This document shows positions 26,202 through 36,269 of a stretch of 48,344 bases of DNA, piece by piece (the first letter of the stretch is position 1; every line of letters starts with the position of its first letter). The notes beneath the pieces were generated by a model. The model saw only the letters and a program-made list of their open reading frames with translations, ran no database searches and had not been told where the DNA came from. Source of the stretch: Candidatus Collierbacteria bacterium GW2011_GWB1_44_6 (lineage in GTDB: Bacteria; Patescibacteriota; Microgenomatia; UBA1400; MFAQ01); the NCBI GenBank assembly GCA_000998025.1, contig LCJG01000001.1:1-48344 (forward strand). The letters are read 5' to 3'. Made by a program: the position numbers and the translations under genes.

Positions 26202-27074
26202 ATGAACAATAACCGTATAGCAATAATAATTGTAACTTTTAATTCCGAAAAGTATATATCCAATTGTATAAACGCAATTCAGAACAACTTTTCCAAAAAA
26301 AATCTTTACGAAATTATAATAATCGATAATAACTCAAGTGATGAAACTGTCAAAATTATAAAGAGAATACAAGCTGAACATCCTTCGGTTAAATTGATTC
26401 AAAACAACAAAAATCTTGGTTTTGCAAAAGCGGTAAACCTCGGTATCAGATTGAAAAAGCAATCAGATTATTATTTGTTAATTAATCCAGACACGATTAT
26501 TAACGGATCATCAATAATTAACTTGATTCGTTGTGCCATCAAGTCAGATTCGGGAATAGTTGGAGGAACTACGTACGATAGTAATAAGGCACAAAGCGGA
26601 AGTTTCTTTCGGTTTCCAAACTTGTGGGTGGGGTTATTCGATTTTACAAACCTGAGGAAATTTGATCGAACAGACTACTGGCATAAATATTTTTATTATC
26701 TTGATAGAGATTCCTCAAACCGCGCCTGTTTTCCTGTTGATGTTGTTACAGGAGGATTTATGCTAATAACAAAAAAAACAATCAAAAAAAATGGATATTT
26801 TGATGAAAAATTCTTTATGTATCTCGAAGATGTGGACTTTTGCCTTCGAGCAAAAAAAATAGGTATCAAAGTATCCCATTGTAATGATGCTAAAACATTT
26901 CATTTTGGTGGGGGAAGTAGTAACAACAAAGACAGAATCCGCCACTCAGCATGGCTTTTCTCCAGAAAGCTTTATTATTTAAAGAACTTTAATCTACTAA
27001 CAAATATTCTAATCCAGCCTGTCTTTTTATTAGATGACGTATACATATTGCTTAACAAATTGTTCATGAAATGA
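26202..27074 (+). CDS. GT2 glycosyltransferase
   Basis: IIIVTFN, IDNNSSD, NLGFAKAVN, INPD, FDEKFFMYLEDVDFC; start 26202 or 26184. Confidence 0.9.
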   Translation: MNNNRIAIIIVTFNSEKYISNCINAIQNNFSKKNLYEIIIIDNNSSDETVKIIKRIQAEHPSVKLIQNNKNLGFAKAVNLGIRLKKQSDYYLLINPDTIINGSSIINLIRCAIKSDSGIVGGTTYDSNKAQSGSFFRFPNLWVGLFDFTNLRKFDRTDYWHKYFYYLDRDSSNRACFPVDVVTGGFMLITKKTIKKNGYFDEKFFMYLEDVDFCLRAKKIGIKVSHCNDAKTFHFGGGSSNNKDRIRHSAWLFSRKLYYLKNFNLLTNILIQPVFLLDDVYILLNKLFMK

Positions 27075-28165
27075 AAAGGATATATATCGTTCGTGGAGGA
27101 TTTTTGAATCCGTTTGAGCTTCAAAACTACTCTCCATTAAAAGAAAAATTTGATATCAAGACGGTATCATCGAAATTCCCGATTTCGGACAAAATTGAAT
27201 TGCCTCTGATCAAACTTTGGTCGCCGACAGACTTACCGAATTTTCCCTACAAATTTCCGGTATTAAACCGCATATATACCGACGCGCATCAATTGTTTGG
27301 ATTAGAAAAAGTCATCGACGGCGCTGACATTGTTCATGTGGCCGAAACATACTACGGCTATACTCATCAGGCTATTTTGGCCAAGAGGGGAGGGCGGGTA
27401 AAAAAGATTGTCAGTACTGTTTGGGAAGTTCTCCCTCATAGCAACGAAGGGATTAAAGGCAGAAAAGAGTATAAGAAATTAGCCAGGGAAAATATCGATC
27501 ATTTCATAGCCGTCACGGAACTGGCAAAAAAAGCTTTGATAAAGGAGGGGGTCGCAGAATCAAAAATATCCGTTATTCCCATCGGTATCGATCTTAAAAA
27601 ATTTAAACCAATAAACAAAAAAAAGAAAGCCCGGGCAATCAATATTCTTTGTGTCGCCCGTCTAGTACCGGAGAAGGGGATAGAAGATTTGTTGGAGGCC
27701 TTCCTCAGGATAAGGGAAAAGAATCCTCACGCCCACCTTACTTTGGTTGGCAGTGGCCCTCTTAAGCATGATTTAATTGGATATAAGAACCTTCATCTTA
27801 AAGTAGTCCCCTATTCCCAAATCCAAAACGAATATCAGCAAGCTGACATTTTTTGCCTTCCCAGTAGAGCTACCAAAACCTGGCAAGAGCAATACGGCAT
27901 GGCTCTGATCGAGGCTATGGCCTGTGGTCTTCCCGTCGTTACCACCTTTACCGGAGCAATACCAGAAGTCTGCGGGAATGTCGCCATGTATAGTCAGTCT
28001 TCGGACTCTTCGGGGCTGCAGCACAATTTAGAAAGGCTAATAAACAGTGAAGATTTAAGACAAAAAACAGGTTCTCTTTCTCGTGAACGGGCAGAAAACC
28101 TCTTTGACCGCGAAAAAGTGGCCAAGCAAATCCAAAAGCTCTACGGTAGACTTGCCGCGCGGTGA
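27071..28165 (+). CDS. GT4 glycosyltransferase
   Basis: VARLVPEKG, ADIFCLPS, EQYGMALIEAMACGLPVV. Confidence 0.92.
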   Translation: MKRIYIVRGGFLNPFELQNYSPLKEKFDIKTVSSKFPISDKIELPLIKLWSPTDLPNFPYKFPVLNRIYTDAHQLFGLEKVIDGADIVHVAETYYGYTHQAILAKRGGRVKKIVSTVWEVLPHSNEGIKGRKEYKKLARENIDHFIAVTELAKKALIKEGVAESKISVIPIGIDLKKFKPINKKKKARAINILCVARLVPEKGIEDLLEAFLRIREKNPHAHLTLVGSGPLKHDLIGYKNLHLKVVPYSQIQNEYQQADIFCLPSRATKTWQEQYGMALIEAMACGLPVVTTFTGAIPEVCGNVAMYSQSSDSSGLQHNLERLINSEDLRQKTGSLSRERAENLFDREKVAKQIQKLYGRLAAR

Positions 28166-29526
28166 AGGTTCCTCTCTTCGGCTATTTTGTTTTTGAGTAA
28201 GTGATAAAAGTGTCTCAGGATATTCTTCGGATGTTTAATAAAGTCGATATAGTATCTTTTTTTCTGTTCTCTCTTAAACATAAGAACAAGCTTATATAGC
28301 TCTTCTCGGGATAAGGTTTCGGACAGGATAATCGCATCTTGATGATTCTCCAGAAATTCGACATTCAAGGTCGACCAGTCCATTTTTTCACTCACCACAC
28401 CCTTCTCTTTAGCATATTCCCAGATAGGCGTACCGGGAAGGGGAGTCAGTACATAAATTCCAAAACCACGCAACTTACTATCCTTAATAAATTTAAAGGT
28501 TTCCATAATTTCTTCTCTAGTCTCGTCCGGTGAGCCAATGATAAAAGAGGCGCTCGGTTCAATACCGTGCTTTTTTAGTACGCGCACAGCCCTCATATGA
28601 TCTTTAATGTTGATATTGTTTCCTTTGAGTGAGTTCAGCACTCTCTGATTTCCCGATTCAAGCCCCATGGACACTCCTTTAACATTCAGCTTTTTGAGGA
28701 GCCGCACCATACTTTCATCAACCAAATTGGACCGTACGGCACAGCTAAAAGAAATTTTTCCTAACAATTTCTCCTTCCGAAGTAGAGCAATTATCTCCTT
28801 AATTCTTGGTTTGCTGACGATAAAGAGATCGTCCCAAAAATCAACTTCTCTTACGCCATATGTTTCGTAAAGGTGTTTTACTTCTTTTACTACATACTCA
28901 GCCGAAAAGAATCTGGTACTATTCCAAAATCTCGATGAAGCGCAAAAGATGCAGCGGTACGGACACCCCCTTGAAGAAAATACATGAGTGCACTTCTCAA
29001 TTTTCATCAAATCTCTAGCCGGTATTGGAAGCTTATCCATAGGTACTATCGGTGTCCGATTTTCCGTTTGAACAATTTTCTTTCCGGACCAAAAAGCGAT
29101 CCCTTTAAGCTGGTTCAATTCATTCTTTGTAAATTTTCTATTTTTCAGGAATATCGAGAACAGTTCTCTGATCGCTGCCTCGCCCTCGCCGATGACTGAC
29201 ACGTCCATATCTTTGGTCATGGTTGTAGGCAAAACCGTAATGTGAGTACCGCCAATCAAGACGGGGATGTTACGTTTCTTAGCCAATTTGGCATATTTCA
29301 TGGCGTAGTTGTAGTTTTGAGAAACACAGGTAATACCGACAATATCCGGTTTGTAGCTCTTAATCGTCTCTTCAATCTCGCGGTCTATAATCTTAAAATC
29401 GATCAAATCATGTCCAAACTCACTCCGTAGTGAGCTCACCAGGTACCCGAGACTGAGTGGGGGGAGGGAGGTTTGCAATGACTTGGAGATGTCAATCGCA
29501 TTGATTAGCAGAAATTTGAGTTTCAT
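28141..29526 (-). CDS. Cobalamin-binding radical SAM protein
   Basis: PPLSLGYL, PDIVGIT, GGTHIT, GEGE B12 domain; SRGCPYRCIFC (CxxxCxxC); GLESG; PLPGT. Confidence 0.92.
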   Translation of the reverse strand: MKLKFLLINAIDISKSLQTSLPPLSLGYLVSSLRSEFGHDLIDFKIIDREIEETIKSYKPDIVGITCVSQNYNYAMKYAKLAKKRNIPVLIGGTHITVLPTTMTKDMDVSVIGEGEAAIRELFSIFLKNRKFTKNELNQLKGIAFWSGKKIVQTENRTPIVPMDKLPIPARDLMKIEKCTHVFSSRGCPYRCIFCASSRFWNSTRFFSAEYVVKEVKHLYETYGVREVDFWDDLFIVSKPRIKEIIALLRKEKLLGKISFSCAVRSNLVDESMVRLLKKLNVKGVSMGLESGNQRVLNSLKGNNINIKDHMRAVRVLKKHGIEPSASFIIGSPDETREEIMETFKFIKDSKLRGFGIYVLTPLPGTPIWEYAKEKGVVSEKMDWSTLNVEFLENHQDAIILSETLSREELYKLVLMFKREQKKRYYIDFIKHPKNILRHFYHLLKNKIAEERNLHRAASLP

Positions 29527-29589
29527 ATACAGATCCCAATTTTACATCAGCAATACGTGTTGCTGGTCTATAATTAGATCCAGTCAATT

Positions 29590-30900
29590 ATGTCTATCAA
29601 ACGGAATTTAATTAAGAATACCGGCTTTAACTTGGCCGGCTACTTTTACCTACTTTTAGCCAGCTTCTTCTCTATCTCCATTCTCCTGAACAATCTAGGT
29701 AGAGATGTTTTTGGCGTTTACCTGTTTCTGACGTCATTTATTGCTTTAGCGTCTGTATTTGACTTTGGTATATCCAACGCTGTTATTAGAAAACTTTCTC
29801 TGCCACAGACAACCAAGGAAGAAAAGGTTAAAACCTGGAAAACCTCTTTTGCCATTTTTTTCTCCCTAGCTTTCATTCTGTTTATCGGAATTATTACTTT
29901 GCTTCTCTATCTTTCCCGTTCGATGCCCATTTTCGAACATATAGATATAAGTACCATCAATTGGTCGATTGTATTTCTGGCCATTATTGTTTTTATTAAC
30001 CACCTAAACACTCATTTTCTGAATCTGCCCCAAGCAGAACAGCGCTTCGACATTTTCAATTCCAAAACTATTCTAGTTGGGACGGCCAACACCGTTATTT
30101 GTGCTGTTGTATCTGGTTTCTACCCAAACATCGCAGTGCTTTACTCTGTCCAGCTAGTGTTTCATCTTTTTACCTTTGTTTATATGATTTTTTATGCCAT
30201 AAAGTTTTTTCCGGGTCGAGACTTTTCCCCATCTTACGATAGGGTAGTTGGTCGAGAACTTTTTTCATTTGGCCTAAGGAACTTCATTGGTACGCTGGCG
30301 GGCCAGATAGAAAACCAATTCAGCAACTTTATTCTCGGTGCTCTTGTCTCCGCCAAAGCGGTCACGTCATTTAGTATTCCTCAAAGTATCGTGGCCAAAG
30401 GAGCCGGGGTTATTTCCCAATTTGCTCAGGCATTTTTCCCTTTAAGCGCCTCACTCTTGGAGAAGGACCGCATCAAGAAACTAAAGTCGTTAGTCATGGG
30501 AATTGAGGGTCTTACCCTAGTTGGCGGAATTCTCGCTGTCACTCTCTCATATACCATTGGAGAACAATTTTTAACCTGGTGGTTAAAAGACCAAATTGTT
30601 GTTCAGACGGCCTTTCCGGTGTTAAAGGTATTAAGTTTCTATTTCTTGCTTGTCTCCCTAACTCCTGTCCCCACGGCCTTACTTCAGGGTCTAAATAAAC
30701 CTCAAATACCTTCATTTTTCGGTGCCCTTACCGTCGCTATCGAAATCATCCTTGCTCTGATACTGGTTCCCTCTTTTGGGGTCATTGGAGTAGCCTATGC
30801 TTACTTGGCCAGTGTCTGCTTTACTGTCCCGGCGATTCTCATCGTTACCTGGAAGCAGCTAGATCGGGAAATCAAGAAATTAGATCCGCCTCAACAATAA
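29590..30900 (+). CDS. Wzx/MOP-family oligosaccharide flippase
   Basis: LIKNTGFN, LG.DVFG.Y, DFGI..A, ~12 TM, LVPSFGVIGVAYA. Confidence 0.88.
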   Translation: MSIKRNLIKNTGFNLAGYFYLLLASFFSISILLNNLGRDVFGVYLFLTSFIALASVFDFGISNAVIRKLSLPQTTKEEKVKTWKTSFAIFFSLAFILFIGIITLLLYLSRSMPIFEHIDISTINWSIVFLAIIVFINHLNTHFLNLPQAEQRFDIFNSKTILVGTANTVICAVVSGFYPNIAVLYSVQLVFHLFTFVYMIFYAIKFFPGRDFSPSYDRVVGRELFSFGLRNFIGTLAGQIENQFSNFILGALVSAKAVTSFSIPQSIVAKGAGVISQFAQAFFPLSASLLEKDRIKKLKSLVMGIEGLTLVGGILAVTLSYTIGEQFLTWWLKDQIVVQTAFPVLKVLSFYFLLVSLTPVPTALLQGLNKPQIPSFFGALTVAIEIILALILVPSFGVIGVAYAYLASVCFTVPAILIVTWKQLDREIKKLDPPQQ

Positions 30901-31543
30901 ACTGATAGGAAAATAAATCCGGAATCAACTCGACCAATCTATACTGCCAGGAAGTGGGGAGTCTATCCGTAATTATATAAAGTAAAGGCACTTTGCACAT
31001 ACCATTGGTTGGAATTATTTTAATTATTTTGTAGCCCATTTTTTTCAGCAGATCTATAATACTTTTTTGGGTGTAGAAGTGTACGTGTGTTTCGTCCAAT
31101 ATCCCGGTCGTGGTATATCTGAACTCACCCTTTAGTAGCATCCACCGGATAGACGCGTGAGCAATATTTGGAACAGAGATTACGATTTTTCCGCCATCTT
31201 TCAGGTAGTGTTTTGCCAAAGATAGGATGTTTTTTGGCTGACGCAAATGCTCAATTACATCCAAAATGACAATATAATCAAAGTACTTTTTGGGAACAGT
31301 CAAGCTAGAAACCTCGTCCACGTTACTGAGAATTACCTTTTTGCAATATTTGCTTGCCTTCTTGAGTGCTAGTTTGTCATTGTCGACCCCCCAGGTCTCA
31401 CAGTTCTTTTTGGTCAGCTGACGGGCAAAATATCCTGTGGCACAGCCAATATCCAGTATTTTCGATCCCGGATCAATACAGCCAAGCGCTAGCCGGTGAG
31501 ACTCGTACTCATTCTTGTTAAATTCGTCATAGTGGTACTTCAT
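30872..31543 (-). CDS. Class I SAM-dependent methyltransferase
   Basis: ILDIGCATG, FD.IV..DVIEHL, SVPNIAH, GILDETHVHFYT. Confidence 0.9.
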   Translation of the reverse strand: MKYHYDEFNKNEYESHRLALGCIDPGSKILDIGCATGYFARQLTKKNCETWGVDNDKLALKKASKYCKKVILSNVDEVSSLTVPKKYFDYIVILDVIEHLRQPKNILSLAKHYLKDGGKIVISVPNIAHASIRWMLLKGEFRYTTTGILDETHVHFYTQKSIIDLLKKMGYKIIKIIPTNGMCKVPLLYIITDRLPTSWQYRLVELIPDLFSYQFIVEADLIS

Positions 31544-32211
31544 GAAAAAAATTCTATCTCCTGTCTAAAAAACAGTTCACTCACGGCACGCCTCAGCAGT
31601 CTTCCTATCTCGTGTATGCGGTGAGTGTATGGTTTGTGTACTGATATTTTTTGAATATTCTTTTTTAAGTTGTTTTTGATTTTTTTCAACAGTTTCTCAT
31701 TTTCCCCTTTTATACCAACGACAATTACGTGCTGAGGATTGAGTTTTACCTCATCGTCAAAAGGGGGAGAAATTGAGAATACAAGTTTACTCTGAAGTCC
31801 TGGAAATAGAGATTTCAGACCAAAGGGTGTATAGCGGAAATAATCCGAGGGGTGTTTGTGTATTGGAAAATTTTGCTGGCTAGAGACAATCGCTATACCC
31901 TTCGGTCGAAGCACTCTTTCAATTTCGGCGCAAACCAGCCAGGGTTTATCGGCATGTTCCAGCGTTTCCAAACACAGTACCAGATCAAAAGACTTGTCGG
32001 GGAATGGCATACTGTTTCCACTTGCCACTATATCTACTCCAGGACCTTCTTGCATATCCAAGCCTACATAAGTACTCTTTTCAAAAAAATCTCTGACATC
32101 CGCCAGCTCGTTTTGGTTATATGCCTGGCGTGATCCGACCTCCAGAACCTTCCTCGGAATTCCGATACTATCCTTGATTACTTCAACTGCCGCTCGAAGA
32201 GGCTTGGTCAT
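31540..32211 (-). CDS. Class I SAM-dependent methyltransferase
   Basis: VLEVGS, YVGLD, GPGVD, FDLVLCLETLEH, HPSDYFRYT. Confidence 0.9.
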   Translation of the reverse strand: MTKPLRAAVEVIKDSIGIPRKVLEVGSRQAYNQNELADVRDFFEKSTYVGLDMQEGPGVDIVASGNSMPFPDKSFDLVLCLETLEHADKPWLVCAEIERVLRPKGIAIVSSQQNFPIHKHPSDYFRYTPFGLKSLFPGLQSKLVFSISPPFDDEVKLNPQHVIVVGIKGENEKLLKKIKNNLKKNIQKISVHKPYTHRIHEIGRLLRRAVSELFFRQEIEFFS

Positions 32212-32229
32212 TGGGTTAGAATATAGCAG
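32212..32229. promoter_or_regulatory. Overlapping divergent -10 elements
   Basis: TAGAAT (+, 32217-32222) and TATTCT (-, 32223-32218), 7 and 6 nt from the two ATGs. Confidence 0.65.
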
Positions 32230-33060
32230 ATGTCCAAAAAAATATCAGCCATTATCCTCAACTACAAGCACCCGGAAGATACCATCCATTGTATCCAAGC
32301 CCTTATGAAGGCCGATATGGGCCAATCTCTGGATTACTACATTGTTGATAACTCGCCTGACGCAGAAGTGGAAAAAGAATTCAAAAAGAAGTTTCCTAAA
32401 GTCCATTACATCAGTTCACCAACTAACCCTGGCTTTGCGGCGGGAAACAACAAGGCCATCAGGAAAGGTCTTAAGTCTGGCTGTGAATACTTTTTAATTA
32501 TCAATCCCGATGCCACCGTTAATCATCGTTTTTTTGTTCCCTTGCTGAGGCATTTCAAGGATAAGTCTGTCGGCATAGTTGCTCCGACCGTCTACCATAC
32601 CCAAAAAGGCAAAAAAATCTATGGCCTAGAGGGAAAAGTTGACTGGAAATATGCCAAGCCGGAACACCGCAACTTATCCAAAGTAAAAAATCTGGGTCCA
32701 ATCACGGCGGAATTTGTCACCTTTGCCTGTGTTTTGATCAGCAAAGATACTTTCAAAAAGGCTGGCTTACTGGATGAAGGCTACTTTATGTATTTTGAGG
32801 ATGTTGACTACTGTCTCTCCGCCGGTAAAGAGGGTAAAAAAATCATTCTTGATCCCAGTGTTATCGTCTCTCACTGCACCTCCTCGTCGTTCAAAAAGCC
32901 AACTCAAAAACTATTCATAAGTTTTAAGAGCCACCTGCGTTTTATCAAAAAGTGGCTTCCTACTACGAAACGGCTAATACCCTATCTCTATGCTCTAATG
33001 ACGTACCCCTATCTCTATCTTCTTTGGACTTATCACGGAATAAAATATAGAAATGTCTAA
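32230..33060 (+). CDS. GT2 glycosyltransferase
   Basis: IILNY, IVDN, NPGFAAGNN, INPD, LLDEGYFMYFEDVDY. Confidence 0.9.
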   Translation: MSKKISAIILNYKHPEDTIHCIQALMKADMGQSLDYYIVDNSPDAEVEKEFKKKFPKVHYISSPTNPGFAAGNNKAIRKGLKSGCEYFLIINPDATVNHRFFVPLLRHFKDKSVGIVAPTVYHTQKGKKIYGLEGKVDWKYAKPEHRNLSKVKNLGPITAEFVTFACVLISKDTFKKAGLLDEGYFMYFEDVDYCLSAGKEGKKIILDPSVIVSHCTSSSFKKPTQKLFISFKSHLRFIKKWLPTTKRLIPYLYALMTYPYLYLLWTYHGIKYRNV

Positions 33061-34183
33061 CGAGCGCTACACCAAGCTTGATGGGCTCAGAGGCTTGCTC
33101 TCTGTTATCGTCGCCTTAAATCATTCTTTTCTTGTTATCGCCATACCTTCTTACGCAAATGTTTGGGGTCAAAATTATCTGGAGTTTTACGATCTCCAAA
33201 GTAAGCTCCAGCAAGTATTTATGCTTTTGGGAAATGGGGGAGTCGCCGTCACTTTATTTTTTATTCTTTCCGGTCTAGTGCTGGGTCAATCACTTTCTAG
33301 AATTGAATTCTCCACCAGAGGGCTGACAAGTTTCTATACAAAAAGAATTTTACGACTCTACCCGGTGTATGCCTTCGTTATTCTTTTGATTGCAGTCTAT
33401 ATGAAGCTGGGCTTTGCTTACCAAACTTTTCCTATGGCTTCAGCTTGGTATAACTGGTGGATGAATTTCGACATGACTCTAAAAGAATTTATTTACAATT
33501 TTTTCTTTATTCACACCTATCTCGGCGGGGTTACTTGGACTCTGAGAGTTATCTTGATTGCTTCCTTCATTTTCCCTGCTTTCTATCTGATTTATCGGAA
33601 AACCACACCATTCCTTGATTTACTAATTACTGTAGGTCTATTGGTGGCCGGCTTCACCGTTCTTAATATCCCTGACTTCCGCGACCTCCGCTATCTCTAT
33701 ATGTTTTATGCCGGTCTTTGTTTACCCAAATTCAAATCTTTTCTGGCAGATCTTCCCCCCAGGGCTATAAGTCTTCTGGCTACTCCGGTGACCTTGGCTC
33801 TCCTCGCCTCCCGTTATGTCACGGACGAGTACATCGGAGGAGTCGTCGAAACCGTCATCGGTTGGTTCATCATCGGTATCATTGTGTACAGTAATAAGAC
33901 AAGGCTCTTTGATTTCCTCAACAAGCAGATCTTTCAGTTCCTTGGAAAAATTTCCTACAGTCTTTATTTAATTCATTTTTCCATTTTGTACATACTTGCT
34001 CGGCTCATGTTTGCTTTTCTTCCCAACCTCCCCTACGCTAGTCACTACATCACCTTACATTCTCTACTCTTTGGTCTTTCCCTTCTTATTGCGGTCTACA
34101 TCTCTGTATTTGTTCACCGCTTCGTGGAGCAGCCATCGTCAACTCTCGCCAACACCATTGGTCAGAAAATAGTCAAAAAATGA
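33053..34183 (+). CDS. Acyltransferase-3 (OafA-like O-acyltransferase)
   Basis: LDGLRG..V..H, VTLFFILSG, KRILRLYP, WTL, LGKISYSLYLIH, VEQP. Confidence 0.92.
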   Translation: MSNERYTKLDGLRGLLSVIVALNHSFLVIAIPSYANVWGQNYLEFYDLQSKLQQVFMLLGNGGVAVTLFFILSGLVLGQSLSRIEFSTRGLTSFYTKRILRLYPVYAFVILLIAVYMKLGFAYQTFPMASAWYNWWMNFDMTLKEFIYNFFFIHTYLGGVTWTLRVILIASFIFPAFYLIYRKTTPFLDLLITVGLLVAGFTVLNIPDFRDLRYLYMFYAGLCLPKFKSFLADLPPRAISLLATPVTLALLASRYVTDEYIGGVVETVIGWFIIGIIVYSNKTRLFDFLNKQIFQFLGKISYSLYLIHFSILYILARLMFAFLPNLPYASHYITLHSLLFGLSLLIAVYISVFVHRFVEQPSSTLANTIGQKIVKK

Positions 34184-34929
34184 AAGTCACAGCCGTTGTC
34201 ATCACTAACAAGGAGGAATTAAACAAACAGCTTTTGGAGTCATTGTCCTTCTCCGACGAAATCTTAGTCGTCGTCGATGCGCCCGTCATTCCTGCAAAGG
34301 CAGGAAACCATCAAATAACACCAAAGAATAAAAAAATAAAAGATCTTTTCCATGCCTTGCGTGACGACTTCTCTTCTCAACGAAATTATGCCTTGTCCAA
34401 AGCGAAGGGGGGCTGGATCTTTTTTGTGGACGATGATGAATATGTGGGTACTGAACTTCAAAGAGAAATTCTTGATAAGGTGAACAACCCCGGCTATTCT
34501 GGTTACTACATAAGACGACAAGACGTGGTATATCATCAGCCGCTGAAGCATGGTGAAACAGGGAAAATCGCCATTCTCAGGCTAGCCAGGCGCACCGCCG
34601 GACGATTTGTTCGACCGGTTCATGAAGTATGGAAAGTAAAAGGGAAGATAGGCAAGCTTCAATCACCACTTTACCATATCAAAGACCACCTAGTCTCCGA
34701 CTTTATCGAGAAAATGAGTTTTTATAGCCAAATAGATTCTCTTGCTTTGGCAAAAGAGGGGAAACCATTTTCCTATTTCAGGCTTTTACTCTTCCCTATC
34801 GCCAAATTCAATTTAAACTATCTTTTTAAACGGGGCTTTCTGGATGGAACTGCCGGCTTATTCCTCGCCTATTTAATGGCCGTTCAATCATTAACTGTCC
34901 GCGTAGCTCAATGGGAAAACCAAAACTGA
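34180..34929 (+). CDS. GT2 glycosyltransferase (WaaE-like)
   Basis: DEILVV, DFSSQRNYAL, WIFFVDDDE, VHE, RGFLDG..G. Confidence 0.88.
   Translation: MKVTAVVITNKEELNKQLLESLSFSDEILVVVDAPVIPAKAGNHQITPKNKKIKDLFHALRDDFSSQRNYALSKAKGGWIFFVDDDEYVGTELQREILDKVNNPGYSGYYIRRQDVVYHQPLKHGETGKIAILRLARRTAGRFVRPVHEVWKVKGKIGKLQSPLYHIKDHLVSDFIEKMSFYSQIDSLALAKEGKPFSYFRLLLFPIAKFNLNYLFKRGFLDGTAGLFLAYLMAVQSLTVRVAQWENQN
34284..34310. repeat. Palindromic RPE/dRS3-like element in frame in GT2 gene
   Basis: CGTCA-TTCCTGC-AAAG-GCAGGAA-ACCA, translated VIPAKAGNH. Confidence 0.65.
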
Positions 34930-36269
34930 GAACTGTTTTGGGGAAACAGTTATTGTCACCTATACTTCTGGTATTGCCCATAGTTTTGCTGATGTTTTTA
35001 AATTTTCTACTCGTCTTCACCCCCGAAATGGGCTTTGACGCTCTCTGGTACCATCTGACGCTACCCAAGCTCTGGCTATTTAAACATCAGTGGTACTTCC
35101 CCGGGGGATTACTTTACTACTCTGTCATGCCCCGACTGGTGGAAACTCTTTATATTCCCTTGATACACTTCACCGGCACCATTGGCCCCAAACTGGTTCA
35201 GTACCTGGCTGGCATCGGCACAGGCTACGTCATCTGGAAAATCTTGACCCACTTCAAGCAATCTACTTTAATGAGACTATCCGGCGTCTCGCTTTTTTAC
35301 TGCACTTGGCTAGTCAGTTGGCAGTCGGGTAGTGCTTACATCGATCTTGTCCGGACTTTTTTGGAAAGTCTCGCGCTCTGTTTTCTTATCAGAGGATCTT
35401 GGAAAATCGGTGGCTTGTTCTTAGGGTTGGCTATAGGGACAAAATTGCTCGCTCTTGGGTCCTTGGCGGCTTACTCTCTTATCTTTGGTGCCCACATAAT
35501 ATTTCCGGCCATGCTGGTTGCACTTCCATGGTTTTTTATTGCCCTTCACTTTACCGGCAACCCGGTTTACCCCATTTTTAGTGGAGTCCTAAATAATTCA
35601 TTTTCAGATATCGGAAACATCTTGAAACACATAGTGTTTTCACCCATCTACCTCACAAGGCCGTTTGACGATTTCATTTCGCCTCTAGTCGGTGTGTTAT
35701 TCCTCATTTCCCTCTTCGCACTCACCAAGTTCACCAAGCCGTTCCGACAAATTGCTCTCGTTGGTGTAGTAGGTTCACTCATAGCTCTCACCCTTGACCC
35801 TCCTTCAAGCCGCTTTGTCCTTCCCTATTTACCCACCCTTGTTGTTTCATCTATCCTCTTCGTCAGCCAACTAAAAAGCAAGTTGCCCAAAAAGCTGCTT
35901 GTCTTGTCCGTTATTCTCTCAGGGTTCTTTATCCTCGCCCTTCGTCTGTATGCTATGAAAAAATATCTTCCATTATTCATGAGACAGCTGGACAGCCGGA
36001 GTTTCTTAGTCTCCCAAGCAAGTCGACTCCCTGGAACATTCTTAGATGCAGACGGTTACGTCGGGGGTCTTCCGGAAGGCAGTAAAATATTGGTAGACAA
36101 GCTACACAACTTATACTATTTTCCCCGTGACTTTGACCATACTTCATGGGTGACGGAAAAATCAGGCTACGACTATTTAGTTACAATAGGGGAGAGTCCG
36201 GAAAAAGTATCCGGCTCATTAATCCATACCAATAGTCTAGGAATTCAAATTTTCAAACTTAATCCATGA
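34911..36269 (+). CDS. Polytopic membrane protein, GT-C-like glycosyltransferase
   Basis: FDALWYHLTLPK acidic motif after first TM, YID, TGNPVYP, RFVLP; in glycan locus. Confidence 0.65.
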   Translation: MGKPKLRTVLGKQLLSPILLVLPIVLLMFLNFLLVFTPEMGFDALWYHLTLPKLWLFKHQWYFPGGLLYYSVMPRLVETLYIPLIHFTGTIGPKLVQYLAGIGTGYVIWKILTHFKQSTLMRLSGVSLFYCTWLVSWQSGSAYIDLVRTFLESLALCFLIRGSWKIGGLFLGLAIGTKLLALGSLAAYSLIFGAHIIFPAMLVALPWFFIALHFTGNPVYPIFSGVLNNSFSDIGNILKHIVFSPIYLTRPFDDFISPLVGVLFLISLFALTKFTKPFRQIALVGVVGSLIALTLDPPSSRFVLPYLPTLVVSSILFVSQLKSKLPKKLLVLSVILSGFFILALRLYAMKKYLPLFMRQLDSRSFLVSQASRLPGTFLDADGYVGGLPEGSKILVDKLHNLYYFPRDFDHTSWVTEKSGYDYLVTIGESPEKVSGSLIHTNSLGIQIFKLNP

